Below are positions 1 to 12,968 of a DNA stretch of 64,000 nt, in pieces (positions within the stretch are counted from its first letter, which is position 1; every line of letters begins with the position of its first letter). The notes under the pieces were generated by a model, which was given only the letters and a program-made list of their open reading frames with translations, made no database searches and was not told the DNA's origin. Location: assembly GCA_951406725.2 (NCBI GenBank), contig OX597824.1, positions 88,908,001 through 88,972,000 on the forward strand. The letters are read 5' to 3'. This stretch comes from Octopus vulgaris (lineage: Eukaryota). Position numbers and translations under genes: made by a program.

Positions 1-121
1 TCTTTTCTCTCTGACGTCATTTTAACATACATGCACAAATGCATACACACGTAGACGCATGCATATACGCATATAGACTTGCATGCACACATACATAAAT
101 ACATGCACACACACACATATA

Positions 122-1351
122 CATGGTACGTAAGGTATTTGAGGAATACTTTTTTTGAGTCATTGCTGCATTTTTTTGCTAACACTATAATCATTATTTC
201 CGAAAATAATAATGGCAGACTCTAAGCTTACTCAAGAAATGAAGAGGCATGCTGTTATTGTGGTTATAAATGCTGAGCATAGCGATTTAGAAATATCTCG
301 ATTTTTAAAAGTTGCCAGATCTTTCGTCTACAAAGTTTGTAAGGAATTAGAGACTGAAGATGGAAACGTATCACCAGTATCAAAAGCATTCTAAACGCTC
401 TGAAATTATCAGAACACCTGAATTTATCGAGCAAGTTCAACAAAGTATTGATTACAATCCCAGAAAGTCCATGAGGTCAATTGCAAAAGATCTCCATGTG
501 TCAGAAGGAACAGTCAGAAATGTTGTCCACGAAGTTTATCAGATATAAGTCTTATATGATGAGGAAAGGTTAATTTGTCCGAAAATGCAAAAGAAAATCA
601 CTACATCAAATCTAAAAGGCTCTTAAACAAACTGAAAAATCCAGCAAAAGATTTGATTTGGTTTTCTCAAACGAGAAAATCTTCGACCAAGATCAAAAAT
701 TTAACAGAAGAAATGACAAACCCTGTTCAGACCCTTCTGAAGTTCCAAGTGTATGCATACAAAATTTCCTGCGACTGTGATGGTTTTAGGGCTTGACAGC
801 AATGAAGGACATGTGATGCCTCCTTACTTCTTTCCACAAGGCCTTAGAGTTAACTCTGCCGACTGCATCGAGGTCCTGGAAATAATCGTTTAGCCCTGGA
901 TAGACACTGTATGCAATGGAGGGCCATATGTGTTTCAGTAAGACTCTGTACTATCACACAAGGTTCTAGTAACACAGGAATGGATGGCTGAAAATTTTCC
1001 TGATCACATAACCCCTAACATTTGGCCTCCTAATTCCCCAGATCTCAATCCATTGGACTACTACATGTGGAGCGTTGTTGAGAGAGTGGTCAATGAACAC
1101 ACCCATATCACCAAAGATTCTTTGAGAGCTGACATAGTCAGAGTAATGTCCAAAATGAACCCGGACCACTTGATTCGAGTATGTAGATGATTTTAGATCT
1201 CATATAGCAGTTGTTGAAGCTGAAGGTGACTTTATTGAATAACATAGAAAAGGTTTATTTTTATCCTCATAGCATTTTTTGATAAAATTATTATCTGTTC
1301 TTATATATCTGTTTTATTATAAATCTGTCCTCAAATATCTTACGCACCTTG
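122..1351 (+). mobile_element. Decayed full-length Tc1/mariner DNA transposon, DD37D (maT) type; transposase pseudogene ~212-1240
   Basis: Imperfect TIRs (CATGGTACGTAAGGTATTTGAGGA at 122; TCCTCAAATATCTTACGCACCTTG ending 1351) flanked by TA. Frameshifted ORFs give an HTH region (RKSMRSIAKDLHVSEGTVRNVVH) and D-37aa-D spacing ending WPPNSPDLNPLDY. Confidence 0.92.
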
Positions 1352-1744
1352 TATATATGCACTTCACCCATGCCTAATACCAATCCATGGGAAATAATTC
1401 TTCTCATTCTTTTTTGCTATATTCCATTCCGCATTCATTGTCATCACCGAATCTATTTACTCCCAGAATACAATAAAAAACCTATGCGTTTTCGGCCGTC
1501 AATGTCTGATGAGACGTCATTATCGTCTAATAGCAACATTCGATACGAAACCGACGGTAGCATTCTGACCAGTATTAATTTACTTGATATGTATTTATAT
1601 GTATACACACACACATAATATGGATGTGTATATCCATTCTCAACTCGGAAAACCCATGTCCATGTTCGAGCCTAACGGTGCGTGCTCAAAAAGTGTATAC
1701 GCGTCGTTGTTTTCCTTGTTGCTGATTTGTATACTCTTTTTCTC

Positions 1745-2159
1745 TCTTTTACTCTTTTACTTGTTTCAGTCATTTGACTGCGGCCATGCTGGAGCACCGC
1801 CTTTAGCCGAGCAAATCGACCCCGGGACTTATTCTTTGTAAGCCCAGTACTTATTCTAATGGGTTCTTTTGCCGAACCGCTAAGTGACGGGGATGTAAAC
1901 ACACCAGCATCGGTTGTCAAGCAATGCTAGGGGGACAAACACAGACACACAAACACAGACACACACACATATATATATATATACATACATATATACGACA
2001 GGCTTCTTCCAGTTTCCGTCTACCAAATCCACTCACAAGGCATTGGTCGGCCCGGGGCTATAGCAGAAGACACTTGCCCAAGTTGCCACGCAGTGGGACT
2101 GAACCCAGAACCATGTGGCTGGTTAGCAAGCTACTTACCACACAGCCACTCCTGCGCCT
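1745..2159 (-). mobile_element. tRNA-derived SINE, family A (internal TA/CA microsatellite, GTAAAAGA tail)
   Basis: Near-identical to about 10 other copies in the window (e.g. 8157-8613); head GGCGCAGGAGTGGCTGTGTGG...GGTTCAGTCCC. Confidence 0.88.
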
Positions 2160-2495
2160 ATTATAACCAAAATAATTTTACATCAGCTCAGCCGTGATTA
2201 ACGTGAATCAGATAACACTTTATTCTGTGACTCTCCATAAGTAAGAACAATTGTTGCTGTCTAGCTCCGAAGGACCGGACGTTGTTTGTTACTGACGCGA
2301 CACAACCATACCGATACATCGGTGTCTGATAGACTGCTGACATCTCTTTGGACGAATCTGTCGTTTACACACCGTGAAAAGAGAGAAATAATTCTAGAAG
2401 TCGAAAACCAACAGCGAAAAGCCAGATTCAACTTCCAATCTGACAATCATTGAGAATCTATATACATTACATATCGTTCTGACTTTTCGTGCACA

Positions 2496-2535
<40 letters not shown>

Positions 2536-2540
<5 letters not shown>

Positions 2541-2730
2541 GAAGGAGCTTCTACAGGACTAGTACTGTTTCATTCAAGAGAAATCTTCAGGAAGCTTCCT
2601 GAAGATTTCTCTTGAATGAAACAGTACTAGTCCTGTAGAAGCTCCTTCTATATTATAAATTAATTTTACTCTGCTATGTATTGAGTACCTTACTTACTGT
2701 GGTTAACCCCGAATCAACCCGGGACCTACA
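2536..2730. mobile_element. Penelope-like terminal-repeat remnant with a perfect 118-bp palindrome (2536-2653) and hammerhead-like core
   Basis: Spacer-less inverted repeat centred on AAGCTT (2592-2597); each arm reads CTGAAGA-tttctcttgaat-GAAAC-AGTACTA-GTC. Embedded between (TA)n tracts. The palindrome is certain; the Penelope assignment is inference. Confidence 0.6.
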
Positions 2731-2754
2731 TATATATATATATATATATATATA

Positions 2755-3063
2755 TCACCGTGATCACCGTGACCGACCAGGCTATCAGATGTTGCTACAC
2801 ATCGCTGGTCACAATGCGCTTCGCATTGTTTTAGCCTTCAAATGACGCCACCCCGCTGGTTAAGCGAGCAGGCCAACAGAAGAAAGAGTGAGAGAAAGTT
2901 GTGGCAAAAGAGTACTGCAGGGATCGCCACCACCCTCCGCCGGAGCCCCGTGGAGCTTTAGGTGTTTTCGCTCAATAAACACTCACAACGCCTGGTCCGG
3001 GAATCGAAACCGCGATCCTACAACCGCGAGTCCGCTACCCTAACCACTGGGCCATTGTGCCTC

Positions 3064-3066
<3 letters not shown>
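2755..3066 (-). mobile_element. tRNA-derived SINE, head B + tail T1
   Basis: Head (GGAGGCACAATGGCCCAGTGGTTAGG...GTTTCGATTCC) matches 10043; tail matches 50195-50318. Confidence 0.85.
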
Positions 3067-3094
<28 letters not shown>

Positions 3095-3175
3095 ACACAC
3101 ATATATATTAGGAAAAGGCATTTAGAATATTTAATTAGAGTAAGGTTAATTTGAGGCAATTTATTAATTATTGTA

Positions 3176-3253
3176 TGTTTTACAGCTGTTTCTGGGATAT
3201 CCCAAGTGATAGGTTAGCATCTCCATATACTAGGTATTTCATCATCAGAGACA
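3176..3253 (-). ncRNA. Putative type I hammerhead ribozyme motif in a Penelope-like repeat remnant (~3110-3290)
   Basis: Minus strand: tgtct-CTGATGA-long imperfect stem II-GAAA-CAGCTG-TA-aaaca; palindromic stem III; stem I has one mismatch. Confidence 0.55.
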
Positions 3254-3289
3254 AGTTATGTATGAAAGTTCTAGACAAGGAATTCACTA

Positions 3290-3470
3290 TCGCTAGCCAC
3301 TACACACATTTTTTTCTCTCCTTGTTTTTTTCTGTGTCCCTTTCTGTAGAAGAGCGTAGGCTCGAAACGTAAAAGACTTTTTCTATTCCTGAGCGTTATA
3401 CTGATACATCTGTTTGTTTTGTACACCACCTATCTTCGTCTTTTGTTTTTTTCGTAAACACTCCCTATAT
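3290..3470 (+). mobile_element. Short Penelope-like repeat, family P2, with variant hammerhead (3340-3375)
   Basis: cttt-CTGTAGA-a-gagc-gtag-gctc-GAAA-CG-TA-aaag; homologous to 13325-13495, 49987-50190 and 57435-57600. Confidence 0.65.
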
Positions 3471-3504
3471 ATATACACCCACACGTGTATATGCGTTATT
3501 GAAA

Positions 3505-3690
3505 TCGGCAGAACAAAGCGCTTAGTGGCATTTCTTCCGGTTTTTGTTCGGAGTTCAAATCCTGCCAAAGTCGACTTTACGCCCAACCTTTCAGGATCGA
3601 TAAAAACCGTTAAGTACTGGAGTCGATGTAATCAACAATAAACTCTGCCGCCGTTATTTTCAGGTTTTGTGCCTATTGAAAAAAGAAAGG
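3505..3690 (+). mobile_element. Degenerate family D (Nin-domain-like) SINE monomer
   Basis: GAGTTCAAATCCTGCC...GTCGACTTT...CCTTTCAGGATCGATAAAA...AAGTACTGGAGTCGATGTAATC, similar to 10751-11352. Confidence 0.65.
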
Positions 3691-3957
3691 ACTATGAAAT
3701 CTGGCTTTATCCGGATTTTTTTTAATATATAAAATATATGCAACAACATGATTTCACTGCATTTCAGGTTAAGTTTTTTGTTTAAAAAAAAAAGATGTCG
3801 ACAATCTTTGGTTAGTGTTGGTATGTTGATTCACTTGGAATTGTCAACTCCATGTAATTTCTATAATGGTTCAAACTGAGTTTCATGAAAATAAAATTTC
3901 AAATGAATGCTTAGTGAAGTTTAAATAAAATTTTATCTTTAAGTGTTTATGTATACG

Positions 3958-4410
<453 letters not shown>

Positions 4411-4627
4411 CTCTGTCTCCCTCTCTCGATTATCTAACGTCAACAGTTTTTTGTTTCATTTAAATCAAAATTTATTTTCTTCACTTTTTAAAAGCAATTT
4501 CAGTCACAGGTTCCTATGGAGTTATTCACACGGATCCTGTTTCATTGTTTTCAACTTACTTGGTGTATTAATCTCTGCTTGCCGTCAACCAATACACATA
4601 GACAGACGTACACATCTCGCTCTCTTT

Positions 4628-4650
4628 ACACACACACACACACACACATG

Positions 4651-4740
<90 letters not shown>

Positions 4741-5494
4741 CGTATGTCTGTGTGTATGTACGTGTATATATACATACACACACATATACATACACACATA
4801 TATATATAAATATATATAGATATATACGTATGCGTGCGTGTATGTACGTGTATATATACAGACACACAGAGACACACACACACACATACATACACACATA
4901 CATATAGATATATATAGATATACATACGTATGTGTGTGTATGTACGTGTATATATACATACACACACAGACACACACACGTACATATACATACACACATA
5001 CATATATATATATAGATATATACGTATGTGTGTGTATGTACGTGTATATATACATACACACAGAGACACACACACACACACACACACACATACATACATA
5101 TAGATATATATACGTATGCCTCCGTGTATGTACGTGTATATATACAGACACACAGACACACACACACACATATACATACATACATACATATATATACGTA
5201 TGTGTGTGTATGTACGTGTATATATACATACACACACACATATACATACACACATATATATATAGATATATACGTATGTCTGTGTGTATGTAAGTGTATA
5301 TATATATATATATATATACACATACATATACATACACACACATATACATACACACATACATATATATATATATATAGATATATACGTATGTCTCTATGTA
5401 TGTACGTGTACATATACATACACACACACATATACATACACACATACATATATATATATAAAGATATATACATATGTCTGTGTGTATGTACGTG

Positions 5495-5529
<35 letters not shown>

Positions 5530-5530
5530 G
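4628..5530. repeat. (CA)n/(TA)n tract grading into a ~55-75-bp compound minisatellite
   Basis: The motif GATATATACGTATGTGTGTGTATGTACGTGTATATATACA recurs about 11 times, separated by variable CA/TA runs. Confidence 0.9.
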
Positions 5531-5944
5531 CGTTGATTAAGGATTAGTGCTAAATTACATTTAGCGCCACCATAACATTTCAGGTAGAAATTAATGGAAG
5601 GTAAAAGTGAAAATCCTGGAGGAGTCTGTTTCTGAAATTGCATTGAAAGAATATAAATGTTAATCACACAAAAATGGATTGATATTGCCTTTTTTTTAAT
5701 TTTTATTCAAGATCATTCGTGAATGAGCAGAATCAATGACATTCTAACCATGGCCATTCCGCTATAAAGGGCCGCCGGTTGATTTTTTTTGTTGTTTGGT
5801 TTTAAATTTTAGACAGCAAGAAGTGAAAGGAAACAGAGTTTTGCTGCTATTTGTAGCAAGTCAAGCGAACGAATAAGGGCTCCATTGTTGGTTCGTTGCT
5901 GTAGCTGGGCCCCAGGTCAGCTTCATACGTATAATACATGTACG

Positions 5945-5949
5945 CATAT

Positions 5950-6032
<83 letters not shown>

Positions 6033-6102
6033 CATATATACATATATATGTATATATATATATACATATATACATATATATATATACATATACATATATA
6101 CA

Positions 6103-6156
<54 letters not shown>

Positions 6157-6245
6157 CATACATACACACACATATATATATATATATACATACATATATA
6201 TATTCATACATATATATATGTATATATAAATATGTATATACATAT
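5945..6245. repeat. (TA)n-rich microsatellite
   Basis: Directly visible. Confidence 0.95.
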
Positions 6246-6247
6246 TT

Positions 6248-6561
6248 GTGGAAGGTGAGTGGCTTAGTGGTCAGGGCATCGCGATCGCTAGATCACAGGT
6301 TCGATTCTCGGATGGGTGGTGCGTTGTGTTTCTTGAGCAAAATACTTCATTTCCCCTTGCTCCAGTCCACTCAGTTGTAACTGGGTCACCCTGCGACGGA
6401 CTAGACTAGCCTTTCGATCGGTGTGTGTGTGTGGGGGTGAGGGAGTGTTGACCTGTTCGCCTGGCCCGTGGGGCGGCATCATTCGAAAGCTGAAACGATG
6501 CGAAGCGCACTGTGGCCAGCAACGTAAAACCACATCTAATAGTATGGTCGATACCGTAATA
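6248..6561 (+). mobile_element. Degenerate tRNA-derived SINE, head C + tail T1
   Basis: GTGGCTTAGTGGTCAGGG...GGTTCGATTC...TTCTTGAGCAAAATACTTCATTTC; tail GAAACGATGCGAAGCGCACTGTGGCCAGC resembles 50195-50318. Confidence 0.7.
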
Positions 6562-6566
6562 TGCAC

Positions 6567-6885
<319 letters not shown>

Positions 6886-7331
6886 ATAACAACTGATTAA
6901 AGGCGTTCCAACTGTGATCTTCCCGTCGTCGTTTCGTAGATGGTGTATCAGGAACTACAAGTTTGCGTTTCCATAACGACAACAGGGTGTATTTGAAAGA
7001 AATCAGACGACCATTTTTAATACTTGGTGCAACTGCACCACGTAAGCTCCCTCGTCATTACGTCAGCGTCACAGAAACACTTTTATAATTACCGCCATAT
7101 TTATTGCACACGATCTTATTAGCCAGCAACCTTTAAAAACCTAATTCTGTGGGATGATGTGGTGTTGGTTTCCGGTTGTGTTTATATTTTGTTTAGAACT
7201 CACGTCATCCCTGATCAAGCAACCACTATCCCCGTCACAATCCCATCCTGTTTTCTAGACATAGTGAATCCAGAATTACAGTTTCTCCACATCTTTCTCT
7301 TGTTCTCTCTCTTTCTCTCTCTATATGTGTG

Positions 7332-7390
<59 letters not shown>

Positions 7391-7413
7391 ATACATATAT
7401 ATGAATATATTCA

Positions 7414-7461
<48 letters not shown>

Positions 7462-7477
7462 CATACACACATATACA

Positions 7478-7519
<42 letters not shown>

Positions 7520-7616
7520 TAAATATGCATGTATATATATTATACACACACATATATATATATATTCATATATATGTATATATACGCACATATATACATA
7601 TATTTATATACACACC

Positions 7617-7651
<35 letters not shown>

Positions 7652-7676
7652 AAATGATGAGGTATGCAAAATTGCC

Positions 7677-7708
<32 letters not shown>

Positions 7709-8156
7709 CATATATATATTCTTATGTAGATGGATAGATACATACATACATATACATGTACACACACGCACGCACACGCACACACACGCATGCACGCGCA
7801 CGCACACGCACACACACGCATGCATGCGCACGCAACCGCATACACAAGCATATATGCATTTAGTTGCATCCATTTAAAACCGAATTACCTGGTTGTCATT
7901 ATTAAAAGTTATTTTCTCGCCATGCGCAGATCCTTCGGGCGACGAAGTGATTAACCATTCTCTCCTCTTCACCCCCCACCTCCTACCTCACCTTTGACTG
8001 AATCATCAGCTTCAAATCAAAGCTTTAATTCATCTGAAAGAATTCTTTACTTTTTCACTCTTTTTTCCATCTTCATTTATCCAAAGGTATGTGCTTATGT
8101 TTGAGTGTGTGAGTGTGTGATCATCTATGTGTATGTACCTGTCTGTTTATACATAT

Positions 8157-8322
8157 AGGCGCAGGAGTGGCTGTGTGGTAAGTAACTTGTTTACCAACCA
8201 CATGGTTCCGGGTTCAGTCCCACTGCGTGGAACCTTGGGCAAGTGTCTTCTACTATAGCCTCGGGCCGATCAAATCCTTGTGAGTGGATTTGGTAGACGG
8301 AAACTGAAAGAAGCCCGTCGTA

Positions 8323-8386
<64 letters not shown>

Positions 8387-8613
8387 CGTGTGTTTGTGTG
8401 TCTGTGTTTTCCCCCCTAGCATTGCTTGACAATCGATGCTGGTGTGTTTATGTCCCCGTAACTTAGCGGTTCGGCAAAAGAGACCGATAGAATAAGTACT
8501 GGGCTTACAAAAGAATAAGTCCTGGGGTCGAGTTGCTCGATTAAAGGCGGTGCTCCAGCATGGCCGCAGTCAAATGACTGAAACAAGTAAAAGAGTAAAA
8601 AAGAGTAAAAGAG
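8157..8613 (+). mobile_element. Family A SINE, full length
   Basis: tRNA-like head with A/B-box-like motifs, CCTTGGGCAAGTGTCTT segment, internal (TA)n, GTAAAAGA tail. Confidence 0.9.
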
Positions 8614-8622
8614 TATACACCT

Positions 8623-8993
8623 AGGGGCGCAATGGCCCAGTGGTTAGAGCAGCGGAATCGCGGTCGTGGGATCGATTCCCAGACCGGGCGCTGTGAGTAT
8701 TTATTGAGCGAAAACGCCTAAAGCTCCGCGAGGCTCCGGCAGGGGTTGGTGGTGATCCCTGCTGTACTCTTTCACCACAACTCTCTCTCACTCTTACTTC
8801 CTGTTTCTGTTGTACCTGTATTTCAAAGGGCCAGCCTTGTCACACTCTGTGTCACGCTGAATCTCCCCCGAGAACTACGTTAAGGGTGCACGTGTCTGTG
8901 GAGTGCTCGGCCACTTGCACGTTAATTTCACGAGCAGGCTGTTCCGTTGATCGGATCAACTGGAACCCTCGTCGTCGCAACGACGGAGTGCCA

Positions 8994-8995
<2 letters not shown>
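8623..8995 (+). mobile_element. tRNA-derived SINE, head B + tail T2
   Basis: Highly similar to 10043-10428; ends with hairpin CGTCGTCGCAACGACGG followed by (CA)n. Confidence 0.88.
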
Positions 8996-9067
<72 letters not shown>

Positions 9068-9332
9068 CACACACACACACACTCACACACTCATAAGTGT
9101 GGTTCATTTCCTGCTGCGCTGTAGATGTTCAGGCAAAAAGCAAGGCGTACAGCGCCTGGGAGAACTCACCCAGTACCCGAAACTGGTCAACGTTTATCCA
9201 TCAACGGGACCCTAATAAATATCCCATCCGAACTTTGAAACATGTTTTCGTTCATAACGCCGGTTCTGAAAATTTCACTTCCGTTACCCACTAAATACTT
9301 TCCAAACCTCTTCATTCTTTCACTCTCTATAT

Positions 9333-9551
9333 CAGTGCTTTTCAAACTTTTTGCTGGAGCGGAACCCCAAGGCAACATTCCACTGGCTCGAGGAATCCCT
9401 GTGCAATAATTTAATTGTCTTATGCACACATATCTGCACAGGAGAATTAAAAATTACTGCCGATTTTAGCAGTTTTGTAACTTCTTGCGGAACCCCTGGA
9501 CTGTACTGGCGGAACCCTAAGGTTCCGCGGAACCCTGGCTGAAAACCACTG
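9333..9551. mobile_element. Non-autonomous hAT-superfamily MITE
   Basis: TIRs CAGTGCTTTTCAA / CTGAAAACCACTG, perfect 8-bp TSD CTCTATAT (9325-9332, 9552-9559), subterminal GGAACCC repeats. Confidence 0.88.
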
Positions 9552-9704
9552 CTCTATATGGGTGTATCCTGATCTTAGGGAACAGTTTGACCCACCCGCC
9601 TCAAAGAGTAACCTCCTCTGACTGAAACGGTAATGCGTTGATGCAGGCAACTATTGTACTCAATTAAAGTATCTTAAAGGTAATGAATAAAATAGAAAAT
9701 AAAT

Positions 9705-9953
9705 GCGTCCTTTTTTAAAGCCAAGCCAGTCTCATGGGCCCGTTTTCCCGGTTTCTATGGCGTATGTGTTCCCCAGGTGGACGGGACGCCAGTCCATCGC
9801 AGCGTTACTCATTTTTGCCAGCTGAGTGGACTGGAGCAACGTGAAATGAAGTGTTTTGTTCAAGAACGCAACGCGTCGCTCGGTCCAGGAATCGAAACCA
9901 CAATCTTACGATCGTGATGCTGACACCCTAACCACTAAGCCACGCGCCTCCAC
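9705..9953 (-). mobile_element. tRNA-derived SINE, head C + tail T3
   Basis: Matches 56773-57021; tail contains CTGCGATGGACTGGCGTCCCGTCCA. Confidence 0.85.
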
Positions 9954-10042
9954 TAAAGGTAATGAATACAGTTATTAAATACGACATTCTCCAACACCGC
10001 GAATCTCTCTCACCTTAACGACCAGCAACTTCTAAGGCTTCG

Positions 10043-10428
10043 GTGGAGACGCAATGGCCCAGTGGTTAGGGCAGCGGACTCGCGGTCATAGGATCGCGGT
10101 TTCGATTCCCAGACCGGGCGTTGTGAGTGTTTATTGAGCGAAAACACCTAAAAGCTCCACGAGGCTCCGGCAGGGGATGGTGGTGATCCCTGCTGTACTC
10201 TTTCACCACAACTTTCTCTCACTCTTTCTTCCTGTTTCTGTTGTACCTGTATTTCAAAGGGCCGGCCTTGTCACTCTCTGTGTCACGCTGAATATCCCCG
10301 AGAATTACGTTCAGGGTACACGTGTCTGTGGAGTGCTCAGCCACTTACACGTTAATTTCACGAGCAGGCTGTTCCTTTGATTCGGATCAACCGGAACCCT
10401 CATCGTCGTAACTGACGGAGTGCTTCCA
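10043..10428 (+). mobile_element. tRNA-derived SINE, head B + tail T2
   Basis: A box TGGCCCAGTGG, B box GTTTCGATTCC; paralogous to 8623-8995. Confidence 0.88.
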
Positions 10429-10750
10429 ACTAGAGACCTATCTTTCTATTTAATCCTTCAGTAGTCTCTTACGTTAGAGAAATTCACATGCGAAGCCCCT
10501 AAATGAACTCTCCCCTTTGGATTTTATCAGACCCTCTTTTCTTCGATCGGTTGTCCCCAGTCAGATTGTAATATCGCGGTGTGGATTGACGGAGATCTTT
10601 CTGCCTGCACTTTTATCTGTGTGTCGTAAAGATTGATTTTGTGGTTTACTCTCATCTCGGTCCCCCCTCTCTCTCTCCACACACACATACACACACACAC
10701 ACACACACTCACACACACATAGCGGTACGTGTATTGTGTACCGATGTTGC

Positions 10751-11352
10751 AAGGCGGCGAGCTGGCAGAACCGTTACCGCGCTGGGCGAAATGCTTAGCA
10801 GTATTTCGTTTGCCGCTACGTTCTGAGTTCAAATTCCGCCCAGGTCGACTTTGCCTTTCATCCTTTCGGGGTCGATTAACTAAGTACCAGTTACGTACTG
10901 GGGATCGATGTAATCGACTTAATCCGTTTGTCTGTCCTTATTTGTCCCCTCTGTGTTTAGCCCCTTGTGGGTAGTAAAGAAATAGGTATTTCGTCTGCCG
11001 TTACGTTCTGAGTTCAAATTCCACCGAGGTCGACTTTGCCTTTCATCCTTTCGGGGTTGATTAACTAAGTACCAGTTACGTACTGGGGTCAATGTAATCG
11101 ACTTAATCCATTTGTCTGTCCTTGTTTGTCCCCTCTGTGTTTAGCCCCTTGTGGGTAGTAAAGAAATAGGTATTTCGTCTGCCGTTACGTTCTGAGTTCA
11201 AATTCCGCCGAGGTTTACTTTGCCTTTCATCCTTTCGGGGTCGATTAACTAAGTACTAGTTACGTACTGGGGATCGATGTAATCGACTTAATCCGTTTGT
11301 CTGTCCTTATTTGTCCCCTCTGTGTTTAGCCCCTTGTGGGTAGTAAAGAAAT
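10751..11352 (+). mobile_element. Family D SINE (Nin-domain-like) trimer of ~184-bp units
   Basis: One head (AAGGCGGCGAGCTGGCAGAA), then units starting 10801, 10986 and 11170, each with GCCTTTCATCCTTTCGGGGTCGAT...AAGTACCAG. Confidence 0.88.
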
Positions 11353-12807
11353 GGGTACATGTATTGTGTACATTACTGTTTATACAAATAAACATTGAAA
11401 TAAAATAAAATAAAAAAGATCTCTTCTCAAACAATAAATAAATATAAAACACGTACAAAATTATTCTATGACAAGATGACAAATTTTAATTGTGAAAAAT
11501 ATGTCTGAAACAGAGATTCGATCCTCGGAACAGTGTTTTACACACTGACTTCCCAATGAGTATTTTTTTTTCGTTTTAGTCATTCTTTGAAATTTTATTG
11601 CGTATTTTTGTTTTGATCTTCAATCACAGTTTCAGTCTTAAATGACTGGATTAATATTTGCAAGAGAAAGAGTTTATGTGGCTGGGTTACTCCCGTGTCA
11701 TCATCACGATCATCATGATCATCATCGATGTGATCAACCCACCATCGCCATAATTGTCAATAACGCCACCAACCTCCGGAAGAAACCATAAATATGAAAT
11801 CGGCATATCTTACAAATTCTATCAAAATGCCAAACATGGACTACACCTCAGAGTTCAGACAAAGAAAGATGGTACCCCCTTGGTTTTTGTTATTATTTTT
11901 ATTATAATGAATTTTCTTTTTTTATAAATCGAGTTTCTTTTTAAGGACAAACTGTTCGGTTTCTCCGCAGTCTCGTTAAAAAAAATATTTTCATGATCAA
12001 TTAATGATTGAAATCAGATAAAAAAAAACAAAAAACAAATATAAAAGGGACTGAAGCAATGGCTGCTGACTTTTAGCCTCAAGGTCTCCCCTTATTCAAA
12101 CATTGTGATAAATGCTCACACAATCATAAAAATAATCTTTTGGGTATACCAAACTGTAGGTTTTCACTGATGCTTTTATAAACAAATTTTTGCCAAAATA
12201 AACCCGATGCATCACAGCTTCCTTAACAATTAACAATTGCGCAACAGTTAAGCAACGGAGTAGCAAGAAGGGACCGAATACTTCATGCGGGTACCAAAAA
12301 ACAAGACATAGAACTTTATTGTAGCAGGGAGGGAAAATATGAATTTTAGTGATAAATCAAAGAATAGACGTTAACGCAGATTTTCATAGGATCAGTAAAC
12401 CAAAAACAGGATCGTATGCGATGATTAAACCACCAAAGATGAACAGTTTTACTGTCGTAAACTTACTGTCGTGCGTCTATGATTCACTGGACTTTTTACT
12501 GCATCTATATTTACAATGGTTATTCTGCGATTCCATTCAATCGGTTGGATCTCTGATAGTTGATAGATATTTTCATTCAAAATATGTATGTGATGCTATA
12601 CTGGATTTGAGCCAAAAGTCTTCATTTTAGCAGCAGTCTTTTCAAGTATGCAAGAGGTCAATGTACAATTAATATTACAGTTTTAGTTTTAGTTTTAGGT
12701 CAAAGTACATATTCCGGTACTGGCAGCCATTTTGATAAGACATCTCTACAGTTACTGGACGCGTATCAGCATGAATTTTTGTCGATAACCTAATTAATAT
12801 AGGTTAT

Positions 12808-12814
<7 letters not shown>

Positions 12815-12877
<63 letters not shown>

Positions 12878-12915
12878 GTATGTGTATATGAAAAATATAT
12901 ATATGTATGTATATT

Positions 12916-12968
<53 letters not shown>

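Noticed and set aside
1496-1560. aatgt-CTGATGA-gacg...cgtc...acatt, a hammerhead-like arrangement
   Set aside because: The obligatory GAAA after stem II is absent (TAATAGCA); single copy; may be chance or a dead relic.
10801-11352. CRISPR-like array
   Set aside because: Whole ~184-bp units repeat with no unique spacers; eukaryotic SINE multimer; no cas genes.
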